Shown here: piece by piece, positions 39,387 to 49,842 of the stretch
Layout of the letters: each line of letters starts with the position of its first letter
How positions within the stretch are numbered: the first letter of the stretch is position 1
Source: an uncultured Gammaproteobacteria bacterium
GTDB taxonomy: Bacteria > Patescibacteriota > Patescibacteriia > UBA9934
Assembly: GCA_964599455.1 (NCBI GenBank)
Contig: CAZREA010000001.1
Location: forward strand, 269,183 to 333,182
Reading direction: 5' to 3'
DNA length: 64,000 bases
The notes under the pieces: generated by a model
Databases searched by the model: none
What the model was told of the DNA's origin: nothing
Seen by the model: the letters and a program-made list of their open reading frames with translations, nothing else
Position numbers and translations under genes: made by a program

Positions 39387-41030
39387 CTATGCTCTTTTCT
39401 TCTTCCCTTTCTGTATTTTCGCTGCCTTAAGAAAGGCGACAAACAGTGGATGTGGAGAAAGGGGGCGAGATTGAAACTCAGGATGGAATTGTACACCAAT
39501 AAAAAACGGATGATCCTTCACTTCAATCATTTCAACAAGTCGACTATCAGGAGAGGTACCGGCGATAACAAGTCCAGATTCGATTAATTGCTCACGAAAA
39601 TCATTATTCACTTCATACCGATGACGATGACGCTCAGTGATCTCGTCTTGAACATAAGCCTTGCGCGAAATCGTACCCTTTGCAAGCACACAGGGATATG
39701 ATCCGAGTCGTAATGTGCCGCCGATTCCCTTCCCTTTTAATTTTTCGTCCTGATCGTTCATGAGATGAATGACGGGATGGGTAGTTTTTGCATTGATTTC
39801 AGTTGTATTGGCGTCTTTCCACTTGAGCTCAGTGCGAGCAAATTCAATCACCGCACATTGCATGCCGTAGCAAAGACCGAAATACGGAATCTTATTTTTG
39901 CGCACATAATTGATGGCCGCAATCTTGCCTTCAATGCCGCGAGAACCAAATCCACCGGGAATCAACACACCATGATACCGCGAGAGTTCCGTAAGCTTCT
40001 TTGGATCTTTTTCAAATTCTTCGGCATTCAACCATTCAATAACCGGCTTTTGCCCCGTGGCCCAAGCTGCATGTTTAATCGCTTCAAGAACAGAGAGATA
40101 GACATCCGATAAAATAAAATCTCCTGTTGAAAAATATTTTCCAATAACACCAATACGTACCTCATCTTTTACCGTAGCGATGCGATCAACGAGTTTTCTC
40201 CAATTCTCTAAATTACGTTTCTTTGTGCGCAAACGAAATGTTTTCAACATCGATTCTGCAAAACCTTGTTCTTCAAACAACAGCGGAACTTCGTAAATGG
40301 ATTTGGCATTTGAAGCGGTGATGACATGCTTTTCCGGAACCCCACAAAAACGACTGAGTTTTTCTCGACGCGGTGCATCGAGTGCATATTCCGATCGACA
40401 CACAAGAAAATCGGGATTGATGCCGATACGATTTACTTCACGCACCGCATGTTGCGTAGGTTTTGTCTTCATTTCCCCTAGTGAGGGCGGAACGGGAAGA
40501 TAACTCACCAGCACCGTACGCACGGAATCAGGATCGCGCAATTTCATCATGCGCACCGCTTCCAAAAAAAGAATATTCTCGTACTCTCCCACCGTTCCAC
40601 CAATCTCGATCAAAACAATGTCAGCCTTTGATTGCTTCGCTACACGTTCAATGCGCTCAATCACTTCTTCGGGAACACGCGGCACTACCTCGACACACTT
40701 TCCTTCATATCCACCTCGTCGTTCACGTTCAATAACCGATTGATACACGCGGCCTGTAGTCATGTAATTGCTACGCGTAATATCTTCATCAAGAAAACGT
40801 TCGTAATTGCCAATGTCTTGATCGGTTTCATCACCATCAACCGTTACAAACACTTCACCATGTTCAATGGGATTCATCGTCCCCGCATCAACGTTCACGT
40901 ACGGATCAATTTTAATGGCGGTCACTTTATAGCCACGTGATTTCAGTGTCAGTCCAAGCGCCGCCGTGGTTGTACCCTTTCCCACGCCACTCATGACGCC
41001 ACCGATAACGAAAATATAATGAGATTTCAT
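39387..41030 (-). CDS. pyrG: CTP synthase
   Basis: GGVMSGVGKG, KIDPY, GLCYGMQ, ERHRHRYE, QFHPEF. Confidence 0.98.
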   Translation of the reverse strand: MKSHYIFVIGGVMSGVGKGTTTAALGLTLKSRGYKVTAIKIDPYVNVDAGTMNPIEHGEVFVTVDGDETDQDIGNYERFLDEDITRSNYMTTGRVYQSVIERERRGGYEGKCVEVVPRVPEEVIERIERVAKQSKADIVLIEIGGTVGEYENILFLEAVRMMKLRDPDSVRTVLVSYLPVPPSLGEMKTKPTQHAVREVNRIGINPDFLVCRSEYALDAPRREKLSRFCGVPEKHVITASNAKSIYEVPLLFEEQGFAESMLKTFRLRTKKRNLENWRKLVDRIATVKDEVRIGVIGKYFSTGDFILSDVYLSVLEAIKHAAWATGQKPVIEWLNAEEFEKDPKKLTELSRYHGVLIPGGFGSRGIEGKIAAINYVRKNKIPYFGLCYGMQCAVIEFARTELKWKDANTTEINAKTTHPVIHLMNDQDEKLKGKGIGGTLRLGSYPCVLAKGTISRKAYVQDEITERHRHRYEVNNDFREQLIESGLVIAGTSPDSRLVEMIEVKDHPFFIGVQFHPEFQSRPLSPHPLFVAFLKAAKIQKGKKKRA

Positions 41031-41095
41031 AGTTTTCAGAGAAGGCCAGTTGGGCCAGAAGGCCGGATGTAAAATCTTTTTCTCTGAATGCTGGC

Positions 41096-42250
41096 CTATT
41101 GGCTCTTCTGGCCGACTTTATTGTACTTCGACACATTCAACACAATTCCCACCGCTGTGAGTGCAACCGCAAGTGCCGTTCCGCCATAACTCACAAACGG
41201 CAACGGCACACCGGTAATCGGCAAGAGTCGCACCATGGCGCCCATGTTAACAACTGCCTGAATTCCCAGCCAGGCCATAATCCCCACCACTAAATATTTC
41301 CCAAATGTATCGGGCGATTGCTCAGCAATATGCAATCCTCGAAAAAGAAAAGCGATATATAGCATAAGAAATGCCGAGGTCAACAAAAATCCTAATTCTT
41401 CACCAATCACCGCAAAAATACTATCCCCTGCAACTTCGGGAAGATACTGAAATTTCTGCAAACTATGCCCATAGCCGCGTCCAAAAAATCCTCCCGAACC
41501 AATAGCCAGAAGTGCTTGCGTAATTTGATAGCCCGAACCCTGCGGATCATGCTCGGGATGCAAAAATGCCTCTAAACGATCGGCACGATAATTCTTTTCC
41601 TCATTTTCCGCAGTTGTGCCGGTAGAAAGCGTGAGCAACCACAACAAGGCAATACCTCCAAAACCCAGCATGACAAAATACTTCAGCGGTGCACCAGCCA
41701 CAAAATACACGGCCAGTGCCATCAGCACGATAATACCCATAGTTCCCGTATCAGGTTGCAACAACAACAATCCCATCACTGCTCCTAGCACCACCAAAAA
41801 CGGCAACAAACCCTTGGCAATATCTTTCACATTTTTCGCCAAGGTTCCCTCCATCCACGCCGCGACATACATTAAGAACGTAAGCTTTACAATTTCTGAC
41901 GGCTGTAAAGAGAAGGCGCCCAGCGAAATCCAACTGTGCGAACCTTTAATTTTGAGACCAATCCCCGGAACGAAAACGAGAATCAATAATAAAATAGTGA
42001 GAAGAAGCATCGGTATGGCGAAGCGACGATAGGCGGTATACGGCAGCTGATAGGCAACGACAAAACCTACGATGCCAGGCAGTAATCCGAAGAGAAGTTG
42101 ATGTTTAAAAAAGTAATACCCGTCATGAAATTTATCAAAACCCACGGGCCATGATGCCGAGGTTAACATGAGTAAACCAAAAATAACGAGCATGCCCAGC
42201 AAAAGTGCAAAAATAGGATCTGCCGCAAACTTCCTTTGGCGGACATCCAT
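41096..42250 (-). CDS. ftsW: SEDS family protein FtsW
   Basis: QPSE, QPDTG, GYQ, LPE..DSIF, PITGVPLPFVSYGG; adjacent to mraY. Confidence 0.93.
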   Translation of the reverse strand: MDVRQRKFAADPIFALLLGMLVIFGLLMLTSASWPVGFDKFHDGYYFFKHQLLFGLLPGIVGFVVAYQLPYTAYRRFAIPMLLLTILLLILVFVPGIGLKIKGSHSWISLGAFSLQPSEIVKLTFLMYVAAWMEGTLAKNVKDIAKGLLPFLVVLGAVMGLLLLQPDTGTMGIIVLMALAVYFVAGAPLKYFVMLGFGGIALLWLLTLSTGTTAENEEKNYRADRLEAFLHPEHDPQGSGYQITQALLAIGSGGFFGRGYGHSLQKFQYLPEVAGDSIFAVIGEELGFLLTSAFLMLYIAFLFRGLHIAEQSPDTFGKYLVVGIMAWLGIQAVVNMGAMVRLLPITGVPLPFVSYGGTALAVALTAVGIVLNVSKYNKVGQKSQ

Positions 42251-42253
42251 ATG

Positions 42254-43309
42254 TTAAGAAAGAAGTCCTTTGTCAAGAAGTGCGACCACAATACCAATAC
42301 CTGCGCCCATCCACGATATCACCCAAAAACGCATGACTACTTTTGGTTCGGGCCAACCCTTGGCTTCAAAGTGATGATGAATAGGCGCAATGAGAAAAAC
42401 TTTTTTACCAAACAATCTTTTCGATGCTAATTGTATCGTCGTGGTCACGGCTTCAGCAACAAAGACGATGCCAATAATCGGCAACAAGAGCGCCGCATTG
42501 GTGAGCATAGCAACGATTCCCAACGTCACACCCAAACTCATGGCTCCGGTATCGCCCATAATGAAACGAGCTGGATAAATGTTAAACCACAAAAAGGCGA
42601 GCAGTGTTCCCACGATCACTGCACAAAACGTTGCCAAATCAACTTTGCCCTGCAACAACGCAATGACTGCATACGCCGCAAATGCCGAGGCCATGGTTCC
42701 TCCTGCCAAACCATCAAGTCCATCGGTTTGATTAACGGAAAATGATGTCGCCACGATGATGGCCACAAAAAAAGGAATGTACAGCCAGCCAATACCCACA
42801 TCACCATAAAAAGGAACATGCAGCGAATTCCAACCCAGCTTAAAGTAAAACCACCAGGCACCGATCAAGGCCACGATGGTGTAAAGAATCAACCGGTGCG
42901 AGATACGAATACCGCCACCTTTAGGTCCAATCTTCAATACATTAAAAATATCATCAGCAACACCAATGAGCCCTGCGGCCACCAAAGCACCAAGCGGCAA
43001 CCATGTTTGCGAACGCGAAAAGAAATTCAAATACGACAGCACATGATCAGGAAACACCCAGGCATATCCAGCAAAAAAGAGTGCGAGCACGCCGGTCGTT
43101 ACCCACATGAGCAATCCACCCATCGTTGGCACACCCGCTTTCTTCTTATGAAGTTCAGCAAAAAGCGGCGCCGTTACTGCACTGCGAATACTCTTCCCCA
43201 TTTTATATTTATACAAAAGATGGGTAAGGAGTGGTGTCCAAGCCATGGCAACAACAAATCCTAGTGTTGATAAAATTAACAATTTAGAAAGAGAAAAGAC
43301 ATCAACCAT
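42254..43309 (-). CDS. mraY: Phospho-MurNAc-pentapeptide transferase
   Basis: PTMGG, NQTDGLDGL, FIMGDTG, APIHHHFE. Confidence 0.97.
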   Translation of the reverse strand: MVDVFSLSKLLILSTLGFVVAMAWTPLLTHLLYKYKMGKSIRSAVTAPLFAELHKKKAGVPTMGGLLMWVTTGVLALFFAGYAWVFPDHVLSYLNFFSRSQTWLPLGALVAAGLIGVADDIFNVLKIGPKGGGIRISHRLILYTIVALIGAWWFYFKLGWNSLHVPFYGDVGIGWLYIPFFVAIIVATSFSVNQTDGLDGLAGGTMASAFAAYAVIALLQGKVDLATFCAVIVGTLLAFLWFNIYPARFIMGDTGAMSLGVTLGIVAMLTNAALLLPIIGIVFVAEAVTTTIQLASKRLFGKKVFLIAPIHHHFEAKGWPEPKVVMRFWVISWMGAGIGIVVALLDKGLLS

Positions 43310-43694
43310 AGGCGATATTTACGAGCACGACGCTGGCACAGGCCAGGAAAAGGAGCGGCGCAATAGCCGCGGTTGTTACCCACAACGTTATCGCCAGTGC
43401 CGGAGCACGTCGGCGAATACCTTGTGCAACCAGCCCATTGAGAATAGCCCAGACTAGACCACATGCAGGAATAAGAAAAACCTGCCACCAAGGGCCAGTC
43501 ATATCAATACCCACATGCACATTGTAATGCAACGGGACCGATTCCTGACCATACACCAACGGCACTACTCGCCAAACCAGTAAACCAATACCCAACAACC
43601 AAAAGAAGAGAAAGATACCAGTCGAAATCGAAGCAACCCGGGAAAGTAAATCGGTATCTTTAAACGGCAGAAAAGGAAGGCGTTTTTTAGACAT
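43302..43694 (-). CDS. Membrane protein (3 TM, PLHYN motif)
   Basis: Hydrophobic segments; overlaps mraY start. Confidence 0.7.
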   Translation of the reverse strand: MSKKRLPFLPFKDTDLLSRVASISTGIFLFFWLLGIGLLVWRVVPLVYGQESVPLHYNVHVGIDMTGPWWQVFLIPACGLVWAILNGLVAQGIRRRAPALAITLWVTTAAIAPLLFLACASVVLVNIAYG

Positions 43695-43706
43695 GCGTTT
43701 TTCCTA

Positions 43707-43931
43707 TTATACTGCACGAACCACTCGTACCCCCGGCACCGCTCGTACCAAGGCCGTTTCGATCCCTTCTTTTAAAGTAACAGAGGCCATGGAGCATCCT
43801 TGGCAGGTTCCCGTAAGATGCACCTGCACTTCGCCCGTCTGTTCATCGCAAGCTACCAGCTCAACCCCACCCGCATGAAATTGCAAGGCTTTTTCGATCT
43901 CTTTTAATGCCTCTCTCACCTCATTTTCCAT
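43707..43931 (-). CDS. NifU-C-like Fe-S scaffold domain protein
   Basis: LQFHAGGVEL...LTGTCQGCSMASVTLKEGIE. Confidence 0.9.
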   Translation of the reverse strand: MENEVREALKEIEKALQFHAGGVELVACDEQTGEVQVHLTGTCQGCSMASVTLKEGIETALVRAVPGVRVVRAV

Positions 43932-43957
43932 ACGGTGGACAGTATAGCCGAATCTAT

Positions 43958-44117
43958 TTGACTTTTGGAAGGATTCCACGTACTCTTATCGCCGTCTAAA
44001 CACGAGAAAGCTCTTCTTTACTTTCGCAGAAAAACGTGAGCCGCGGAAATGTGAATTCGTTTTTCAAGAAAAAAGAAGAGCTTTCGAAGTGTTATTGAGA
44101 AGATAAATAAGTAATGT
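43958..44117 (+). promoter_or_regulatory. rpmA promoter and structured ~125-nt leader
   Basis: TTGACT-N17-TACTCT; 14-bp perfect stem 44006-44019/44072-44085. Confidence 0.6.
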
Positions 44118-44390
44118 ATGGCACACAAGCTAGCCCAAGGCTCTACACGTAATGGTCGCGATTCCAAGGCCAAGTACCTCGGCACCAAACGCGCCGATGG
44201 TCAAACTATTCAAATCGGCCAAATTATCGTCCGTCAACGCGGCACGCGTATTCATGCCGGTAAAAATGTTGGTATCGGCTCTGACTACACCCTGTTCGCC
44301 CTGAAAGATGGCGTAGTCAAATTCAACAAACGCAAAGCGCCAAACTTTGTCGGCGCACTCAAGTTGCGCACTTACGTATCGATTGTTTAA
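44118..44390 (+). CDS. rpmA: 50S ribosomal protein L27
   Basis: [27 protein letters not shown]. Confidence 0.98.
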   Translation: MAHKLAQGSTRNGRDSKAKYLGTKRADGQTIQIGQIIVRQRGTRIHAGKNVGIGSDYTLFALKDGVVKFNKRKAPNFVGALKLRTYVSIV

Positions 44391-44396
44391 CAGATA

Positions 44397-44428
44397 CAAA
44401 AACTCCTCGACGCGTCGAGGAGTTTTTG
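44397..44428. terminator. Bidirectional terminator between rpmA and rplI
   Basis: CAAAAACTCCTCGACGCGTCGAGGAGTTTTTG. Confidence 0.88.
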
Positions 44429-44434
44429 TTTTAT

Positions 44435-44854
44435 CTACAGAGCCTCAGCAATAACCGTAAGTGTTGCTTCGTAACCAGTAGAAAATTCAATAATGATCTC
44501 GTGATTACCCGGTTCAGTAATAGGCGACATGACAATAAGATCTTCGTCCACTTTATATCCCATCTCTTTTAAAGATGAACGGACATCTTTTGGATTTAAT
44601 GATTTGGTAAATTTCCCTTTTTCCGTTTTACCAGCAACGATAACTTCTAATCCATCGAGGTCTGCGGCAAGCTTCTGTTCTTCGCTTTCCTGTTTTTTAT
44701 TTTTTTGGGGTGCTTCCTTTTCTTGCTGTTCAGGCAAGGCCACAAAAGCAAGGTGTTGGGGAAATAAAAAATTTACCGCGTAGCCTTCGGGGACTTCCAC
44801 CGTCGAGCCCGCCGAGCCAAGGGATTTAATGTCTTGTGTAAGGGTAACCCGCAT
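44435..44854 (-). CDS. rplI: 50S ribosomal protein L9
   Basis: MRVTLTQDIKSLG..G..VEV..GYAVNFLFP. Confidence 0.9.
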   Translation of the reverse strand: MRVTLTQDIKSLGSAGSTVEVPEGYAVNFLFPQHLAFVALPEQQEKEAPQKNKKQESEEQKLAADLDGLEVIVAGKTEKGKFTKSLNPKDVRSSLKEMGYKVDEDLIVMSPITEPGNHEIIIEFSTGYEATLTVIAEAL

Positions 44855-45357
44855 AAGCGCAAAGCTTTTTTAATTATACCAACCATATCCCGATAACTCG
44901 ATCGTTTGAGCAATTCGTCTGCGGATATCCAGGCAACGCCGTGAATAGTCTCCCCTTGTTCTTGTGGCTGCGGTGGACGAAGCGTGGCCTCGGGCGGAGC
45001 TTCGAAGAGGAAGTAATGGATGTATTTATGAATAAGTTGGCCCTTGTGTACAAAACGATCACGGAACCAAATATCGATATGATCGAGCTTAGCTACATAG
45101 CGCAAATGACTAAGCCCCATTTCTTCATGAATTTCACGAATAGCGGTTTGTCGATATCGCTCTCCAACACGAACGTGGCCTTTGGGAAAGGCCCACTTTC
45201 CATACGAATCAATAACCATGGCAAAGAAAAAACCCTCACGCGTACGCTTAAAAACCAAGCCTCCGGCAGAGACCTCAATGCGATGACGCTCTTTTTCACC
45301 TTCACTTCTGCGTGAGGAAATTGAGCGCCGCGGAGAATTGGGGATCATTTTTTGCAT
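44773..45357 (-). CDS. Nudix hydrolase (Ap4A-hydrolase-like, intact box)
   Basis: SAGGLV, WAFPKGHVRVGERYRQTAIREIHEEMGL; start uncertain. Confidence 0.88.
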   Translation of the reverse strand: MQKMIPNSPRRSISSRRSEGEKERHRIEVSAGGLVFKRTREGFFFAMVIDSYGKWAFPKGHVRVGERYRQTAIREIHEEMGLSHLRYVAKLDHIDIWFRDRFVHKGQLIHKYIHYFLFEAPPEATLRPPQPQEQGETIHGVAWISADELLKRSSYRDMVGIIKKALRLCGLPLHKTLNPLARRARRWKSPKATR

Positions 45358-46543
45358 GAATGTCATCTAAAGTCAAAGTGACTTCTTGGTCAGGGGTGAT
45401 GCCTGCTTTATCGATAGAGCGACCGTTTGGTGTTAACCAACGGGCCACGGTAATTTTGATAGCACTTCCATCGGCAAGATCTTCATATTCCTGCACACTT
45501 CCCTTGCCAAATGTTTGTTCACCGATAATGATTGCCTTTTGATAATCCTGCAATGCACCGGCAAGAATCTCTGACGCCGAAGCACTACCACCATTCACCA
45601 ACACTACCGTGGAAATGTTTGCAAATCGGCTATCGCCCATGGCATCGAGCGCCGAGCGTTCACCCCGTACTTCCTCCAAAACTGCCGATGATGTACCAAT
45701 CCAATACCCCGCCAAATCAAGCGCACCATCAAGATAGCCGCCAGGATTATTGCGCAAATCAAGGACAATCCCTTTTACTTGCGCTTTTTCCAGTTCATCA
45801 GCAGCTTGCGCAAACAACGCGAAGGTATCTTCATTAAACATGCTCACCGTCACAACACCGATGCCATCATCACGAACCGTCCATTTTACGCTATCAACAT
45901 GAATTTCCCGTCGAGTGATCGAGACATCACGAGGCTCTTGCATGCCGTCAGAAAGAATCGAAAGCACAACGGTCGTTCCCTCCTCTCCTCGGATACGCGA
46001 CACGGCCTCATTTACCGTCATACCCGTAGTCACAATCCCATCAATAGCCAAAATACGATCACCAGCAACCAAACCCGCGGTACTCGCTGGCGTTTCTGGC
46101 AACGGCGCAATAACGGCAATTTCACCATCGGCATTCAAGCCAATCTCCGCACCAATCCCAAAAAATGAACCGGACAATTCTTGTTGAAAAGATTCAGCCA
46201 TTTCGGGAGTGAAGTAGGTTGAATAGGGATCTTCCAAACCATAGACTAAGCCTTGCAATGCGCCGTAAAAAAGATCTTGATCGGAGATAGGCTGATCAAC
46301 ATATTTTTCCCGTAGCAAAGCCCATACCTGCCAAAAAAGCGAAAAATCTACTTCGTCGGCAATACTCGAAGGGATAACCCGAACATGACCCAAAAGCGAG
46401 TCATTTCCCGCAGCCTCGAGAAGACCCGGCCCCCGTCCATACCCGTAGCCAATAACAAAAAAGAGCACCGCACCACCGCAACCCAACAAAACACGTACCG
46501 GCGTGGTTAAGACCCCGCCTTGCCCCAAAGACTTCAACGACAT
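45302..46543 (-). CDS. ctpA: C-terminal processing peptidase (S41)
   Basis: DPYS, PDZ GIG, DLRNNPGG, SASASE, TFGKGSVQ. Confidence 0.93.
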   Translation of the reverse strand: MSLKSLGQGGVLTTPVRVLLGCGGAVLFFVIGYGYGRGPGLLEAAGNDSLLGHVRVIPSSIADEVDFSLFWQVWALLREKYVDQPISDQDLFYGALQGLVYGLEDPYSTYFTPEMAESFQQELSGSFFGIGAEIGLNADGEIAVIAPLPETPASTAGLVAGDRILAIDGIVTTGMTVNEAVSRIRGEEGTTVVLSILSDGMQEPRDVSITRREIHVDSVKWTVRDDGIGVVTVSMFNEDTFALFAQAADELEKAQVKGIVLDLRNNPGGYLDGALDLAGYWIGTSSAVLEEVRGERSALDAMGDSRFANISTVVLVNGGSASASEILAGALQDYQKAIIIGEQTFGKGSVQEYEDLADGSAIKITVARWLTPNGRSIDKAGITPDQEVTLTLDDIHAKNDPQFSAALNFLTQK

Positions 46544-46591
46544 ATAGAAAAAGTGTACCATAGTAGAAGCTCCTCTTCCACTCTTTTTCTT

Positions 46592-47566
46592 ATGTCATCT
46601 CCTGTTCGAAAAATCCTCTTTTTTGTTTTTTGTCTCATCTTTTTTATCTCTGCACCCCTTATCGTGCTTTATACTGCGGGATACCGCATCAACCTTACCA
46701 ATCGAGTCGTGAGCCAAACCGCCGCCCTTGCGCTTGCAAGCACTCCCAAAGGAGCCATGATCTCTATCAATGGCACACGTACAAAAGAAAAAACTCCAAC
46801 GGTGTTCCAGCGTCTTTCTTCCGGAACAATCACCGTTCGTTTCGAAAAAGAAGGATATCACTCTTGGGAGCGAACCATTTTTCTTGAAAGCGGAAAAACA
46901 AGCTATATCACCGCTCCTCTTTTTCTCGATACGAACGCGACGCCTCTTCTCGCGGGAAGTCGCGCCTTCAACCTTGCGCAAGCTGCACGTACAGATAGTG
47001 AAATATCCGCAACAGATATTTTTCTTGTGGATAACGGAAAAAATGTCGAGATATCTGTAGTGACGATTGTGGGCACAACACTCATCGGTCTTTTGCCGCA
47101 AGAGACGTATACGATTATCGCCAGAACTGCTACCGATATCGTACTTCTTGATCAGTCACAAAAACCGTACATGCTTTCCCTCACTGCCAATAGCGAACCC
47201 GTCGCTTTATCGATGACCGCAGTCGCATGGGCGTGGCTTGAGGAAGATCGCTTATTTGTCTGGTCTGACGGTAATGAAATTCGGCTATATAATGCCACCA
47301 CTCGGGAAACAAATTTTATTACCCGCCAAGGCGATACCATCACCCATCTTGCGTTTGCGCAAGATGGGTATGGCATTCTTGCCGCTACCGCACATACTGT
47401 CGTAGCCTGGGATCGCTACGTGTATGAAAACGGACGTTTTTCTACAACCATTATCGATAACCACACCATCGATGATTTTTGGTGTAATGAGACAGGTGAT
47501 CGTTGCTATTTTGCTACGAAGCAAGAAGGAGGTGAGGAGATTTGGGAGTACGAATTAGTAAAGTAA
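46592..47566 (+). CDS. PEGA-domain membrane-anchored protein
   Basis: TM then YTAGYR, STPKGAMISING, KEGYHSW. Confidence 0.8.
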   Translation: MSSPVRKILFFVFCLIFFISAPLIVLYTAGYRINLTNRVVSQTAALALASTPKGAMISINGTRTKEKTPTVFQRLSSGTITVRFEKEGYHSWERTIFLESGKTSYITAPLFLDTNATPLLAGSRAFNLAQAARTDSEISATDIFLVDNGKNVEISVVTIVGTTLIGLLPQETYTIIARTATDIVLLDQSQKPYMLSLTANSEPVALSMTAVAWAWLEEDRLFVWSDGNEIRLYNATTRETNFITRQGDTITHLAFAQDGYGILAATAHTVVAWDRYVYENGRFSTTIIDNHTIDDFWCNETGDRCYFATKQEGGEEIWEYELVK

Positions 47567-47651
47567 CAGCGAGCTTTTCTTCATTGACAGCAAGTGACTT
47601 TTCCGCTACAGTCAGCGGTCTTCTCTTACAAAAACAAGGAGGGAGAGAGAC

Positions 47652-48652
47652 ATGACACTTACTACGCAGGAACAACTGAATCGCTTCATCGGCGGCCAGC
47701 TCCAGATGGTCATGGACGGTCTGGAGATCCGGATGAACGTTGAAACGATTGCGACCTCTCCCGAGGGGGTCTTGATCGGTAGCGACGTGTACTGGCGGAA
47801 GAAGAGGGACGATGCGGATTTCACTCCCAGTCCCGGGGGAATCCATCTCCTCATGGAGGCGAGGATCGACGAGGACGAGCTCCTTGTCGGCGAAATCCGG
47901 ATACGGTGGTACTCGAAGCCCATTCAGGGCACGGTGTATCCGCCCGGCTACGCGGACATCCTCAGATTCGAGTTGCCGACTACAACGCTTGAGGAGGTCG
48001 TGCGCGAGCACGGCACCGTTGCCGTGAAATCGGTTTTCACAGACAAGGAGATCATCGTCCACCGCGTACTGGTCGACGACGAGAAGTGGATCGGGGTGGT
48101 GAGAACAGTATTCCCCTGCCCCTTCACCAACCTCGTCAACACCGGCATAAAGTCGATCAAGCTTGAGGAGGGCGGGATCTTCCGGGTAGACGGCTTCCTC
48201 AAAAGCGAGGACGGGGGTATGAGCCACGCAAGCTGCCCAATAAAGGGCTGGGGAAAGACCATCGCGGAGGCCGTCGCCGCAGCCTACAATTCGGAACCGG
48301 TGGCGAGCTACCGGGCCACGCATCCCGACCACGAGGTCGAGGAACGGGTCATCGTCGAAAAGTACGACATCGTCGTCGTCTACGCCACTCCGGACGGCAC
48401 GATCTTGGAGCAAAAATACTCGCGCCGCAAACGGCATCAACCGAAGTGTTTACCTTACAACGCGAAGCTCGCGAAAAGCAGCGGTTATTTATGGAAGCTG
48501 AGGCAAAGGCAAATGCGGACGGCCTCATCCACTTGACCTGCATGGTCGGTAAGGGAGCCGACCAGCACGAGTACTCGGGCGCCGGAAGCACACCCGAGGA
48601 AGCCCTCAAGAACGCCATGGCCCAGGCGTCGCAACCGTCAAAGTCCATCTAG
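47652..48652 (+). pseudogene. Multi-domain hypothetical protein with apparent -1 frameshift at A5 run 48412-48416
   Basis: AAGGAGG SD; frame 48446-48652 supplies a further copy of the GxTxxEA domain end. Confidence 0.6.
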
Positions 48653-48808
48653 GACTACGACTCGAAACCCGCTATGTCGTTCGCGAACGATATGGCGGGT
48701 TCACTGTCTTAAAAAGAGATTGCTGGATCCCCGTAACATTGACGAAAGGGGATTTTTTATTTACCTTAAATAGTCTTCTTGAGTTCACAGAAACGAAGGA
48801 GTGAAGAC

Positions 48809-49273
48809 ATGATACGTATGCCAAGAAGGCCGTCAGAGCTCAGACCGCCGCCGAACACAGAGCCAGAAGGAAATACGTCACAAGACACAGGAACACCAAC
48901 CATCACGCTCATGGCGCTTCTGCAGGAGCACCGCGAGCTCGAGGTCTACTCCACTTCCGACAAGGCTACTGGTACGGTGACCATCATCGCAGCCATGGTC
49001 AACGACGAGCTGACGGACGTGATCCCTCTCACGTTCTCGCACTACATCGCCAACGTGACCATGACGTCCATCCAGGGAGTGCAGCTGCGCGACGGGACGA
49101 TATACGTCGACGGCTCCATCACGATCGAAGGTCGTGGAAGCATCCGTATCCGTGGATACGGAGAGACGATCGAGGACGCAATCGCGACCGCGTACTGCAA
49201 CTTCGACCATCTTTCGCCGCCCCCACGAGGAACAACCGAGCAATCCGTCCAGACCGCGCCCAGTTCGGTCTGA
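48809..49273 (+). CDS. Hypothetical protein, paralog of the upstream repeated domain
   Basis: AAGGAG SD; IRGYGETIEDAIATAY versus IKGWGKTIAEAVAAAY. Confidence 0.75.
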   Translation: MIRMPRRPSELRPPPNTEPEGNTSQDTGTPTITLMALLQEHRELEVYSTSDKATGTVTIIAAMVNDELTDVIPLTFSHYIANVTMTSIQGVQLRDGTIYVDGSITIEGRGSIRIRGYGETIEDAIATAYCNFDHLSPPPRGTTEQSVQTAPSSV

Positions 49274-49399
49274 ACATAGCCACTCCCGGACTTGGGAGTG
49301 GCTCGACCCGTCACGTCGTTCGCAAACGATGTGACGGGTTCACTGTTTTTAACGAACAAAAAATCACGAGATCCTCGTAATTTTTTTACTTCATATTTT

Positions 49400-49840
49400 T
49401 TACCATTCGTACGCGATATCTTTGATGGGAATATTTTTCGCTTCATTCGGTGACCAAGCTTCGGTTGCACAATTCGCTACAAGCGCAACCGTTGGCAATA
49501 AATTTTTCCACGCATACGCGACACCAGGAGGAATCGTGAGTAATGCGTAACGATTATCTCCTAAAAGAATTTCTTGAAACGCACCTTTGGTTGGAGATGC
49601 TTCGCGCGTATCGTGCAACACGAATTTAATACGTCCTGTTGGCACCGCCATGTTACTCCAACTTGCCGAATGTAATTTCCAACCCTTCACCACCCGAGGA
49701 TAAATGCAAGAAAAATAGATTTCGCCAAAGCGACGGAAATGCGCAGCGTCGGATCGCAGCATATGCATAACTTGCCCGTCTTCACCCGGAACAATCGACA
49801 GCGGAGTAATAACAACGCCTTGAATATCCGCTTTATTCAT
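49400..49840 (-). CDS. NDP-sugar 3,5-epimerase (RmlC-like cupin)
   Basis: FGEIYFS, VKGWKLH, DTREASPT, IPPGV. Confidence 0.85.
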   Translation of the reverse strand: MNKADIQGVVITPLSIVPGEDGQVMHMLRSDAAHFRRFGEIYFSCIYPRVVKGWKLHSASWSNMAVPTGRIKFVLHDTREASPTKGAFQEILLGDNRYALLTIPPGVAYAWKNLLPTVALVANCATEAWSPNEAKNIPIKDIAYEW

Positions 49841-49842
49841 AT

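Noticed and set aside
38997-39474. Short overlapping ORFs in the pyrG-murG gap
   Set aside because: Several mutually overlapping frames without start signals or family motifs; the dense helices are better explained as RNA structure
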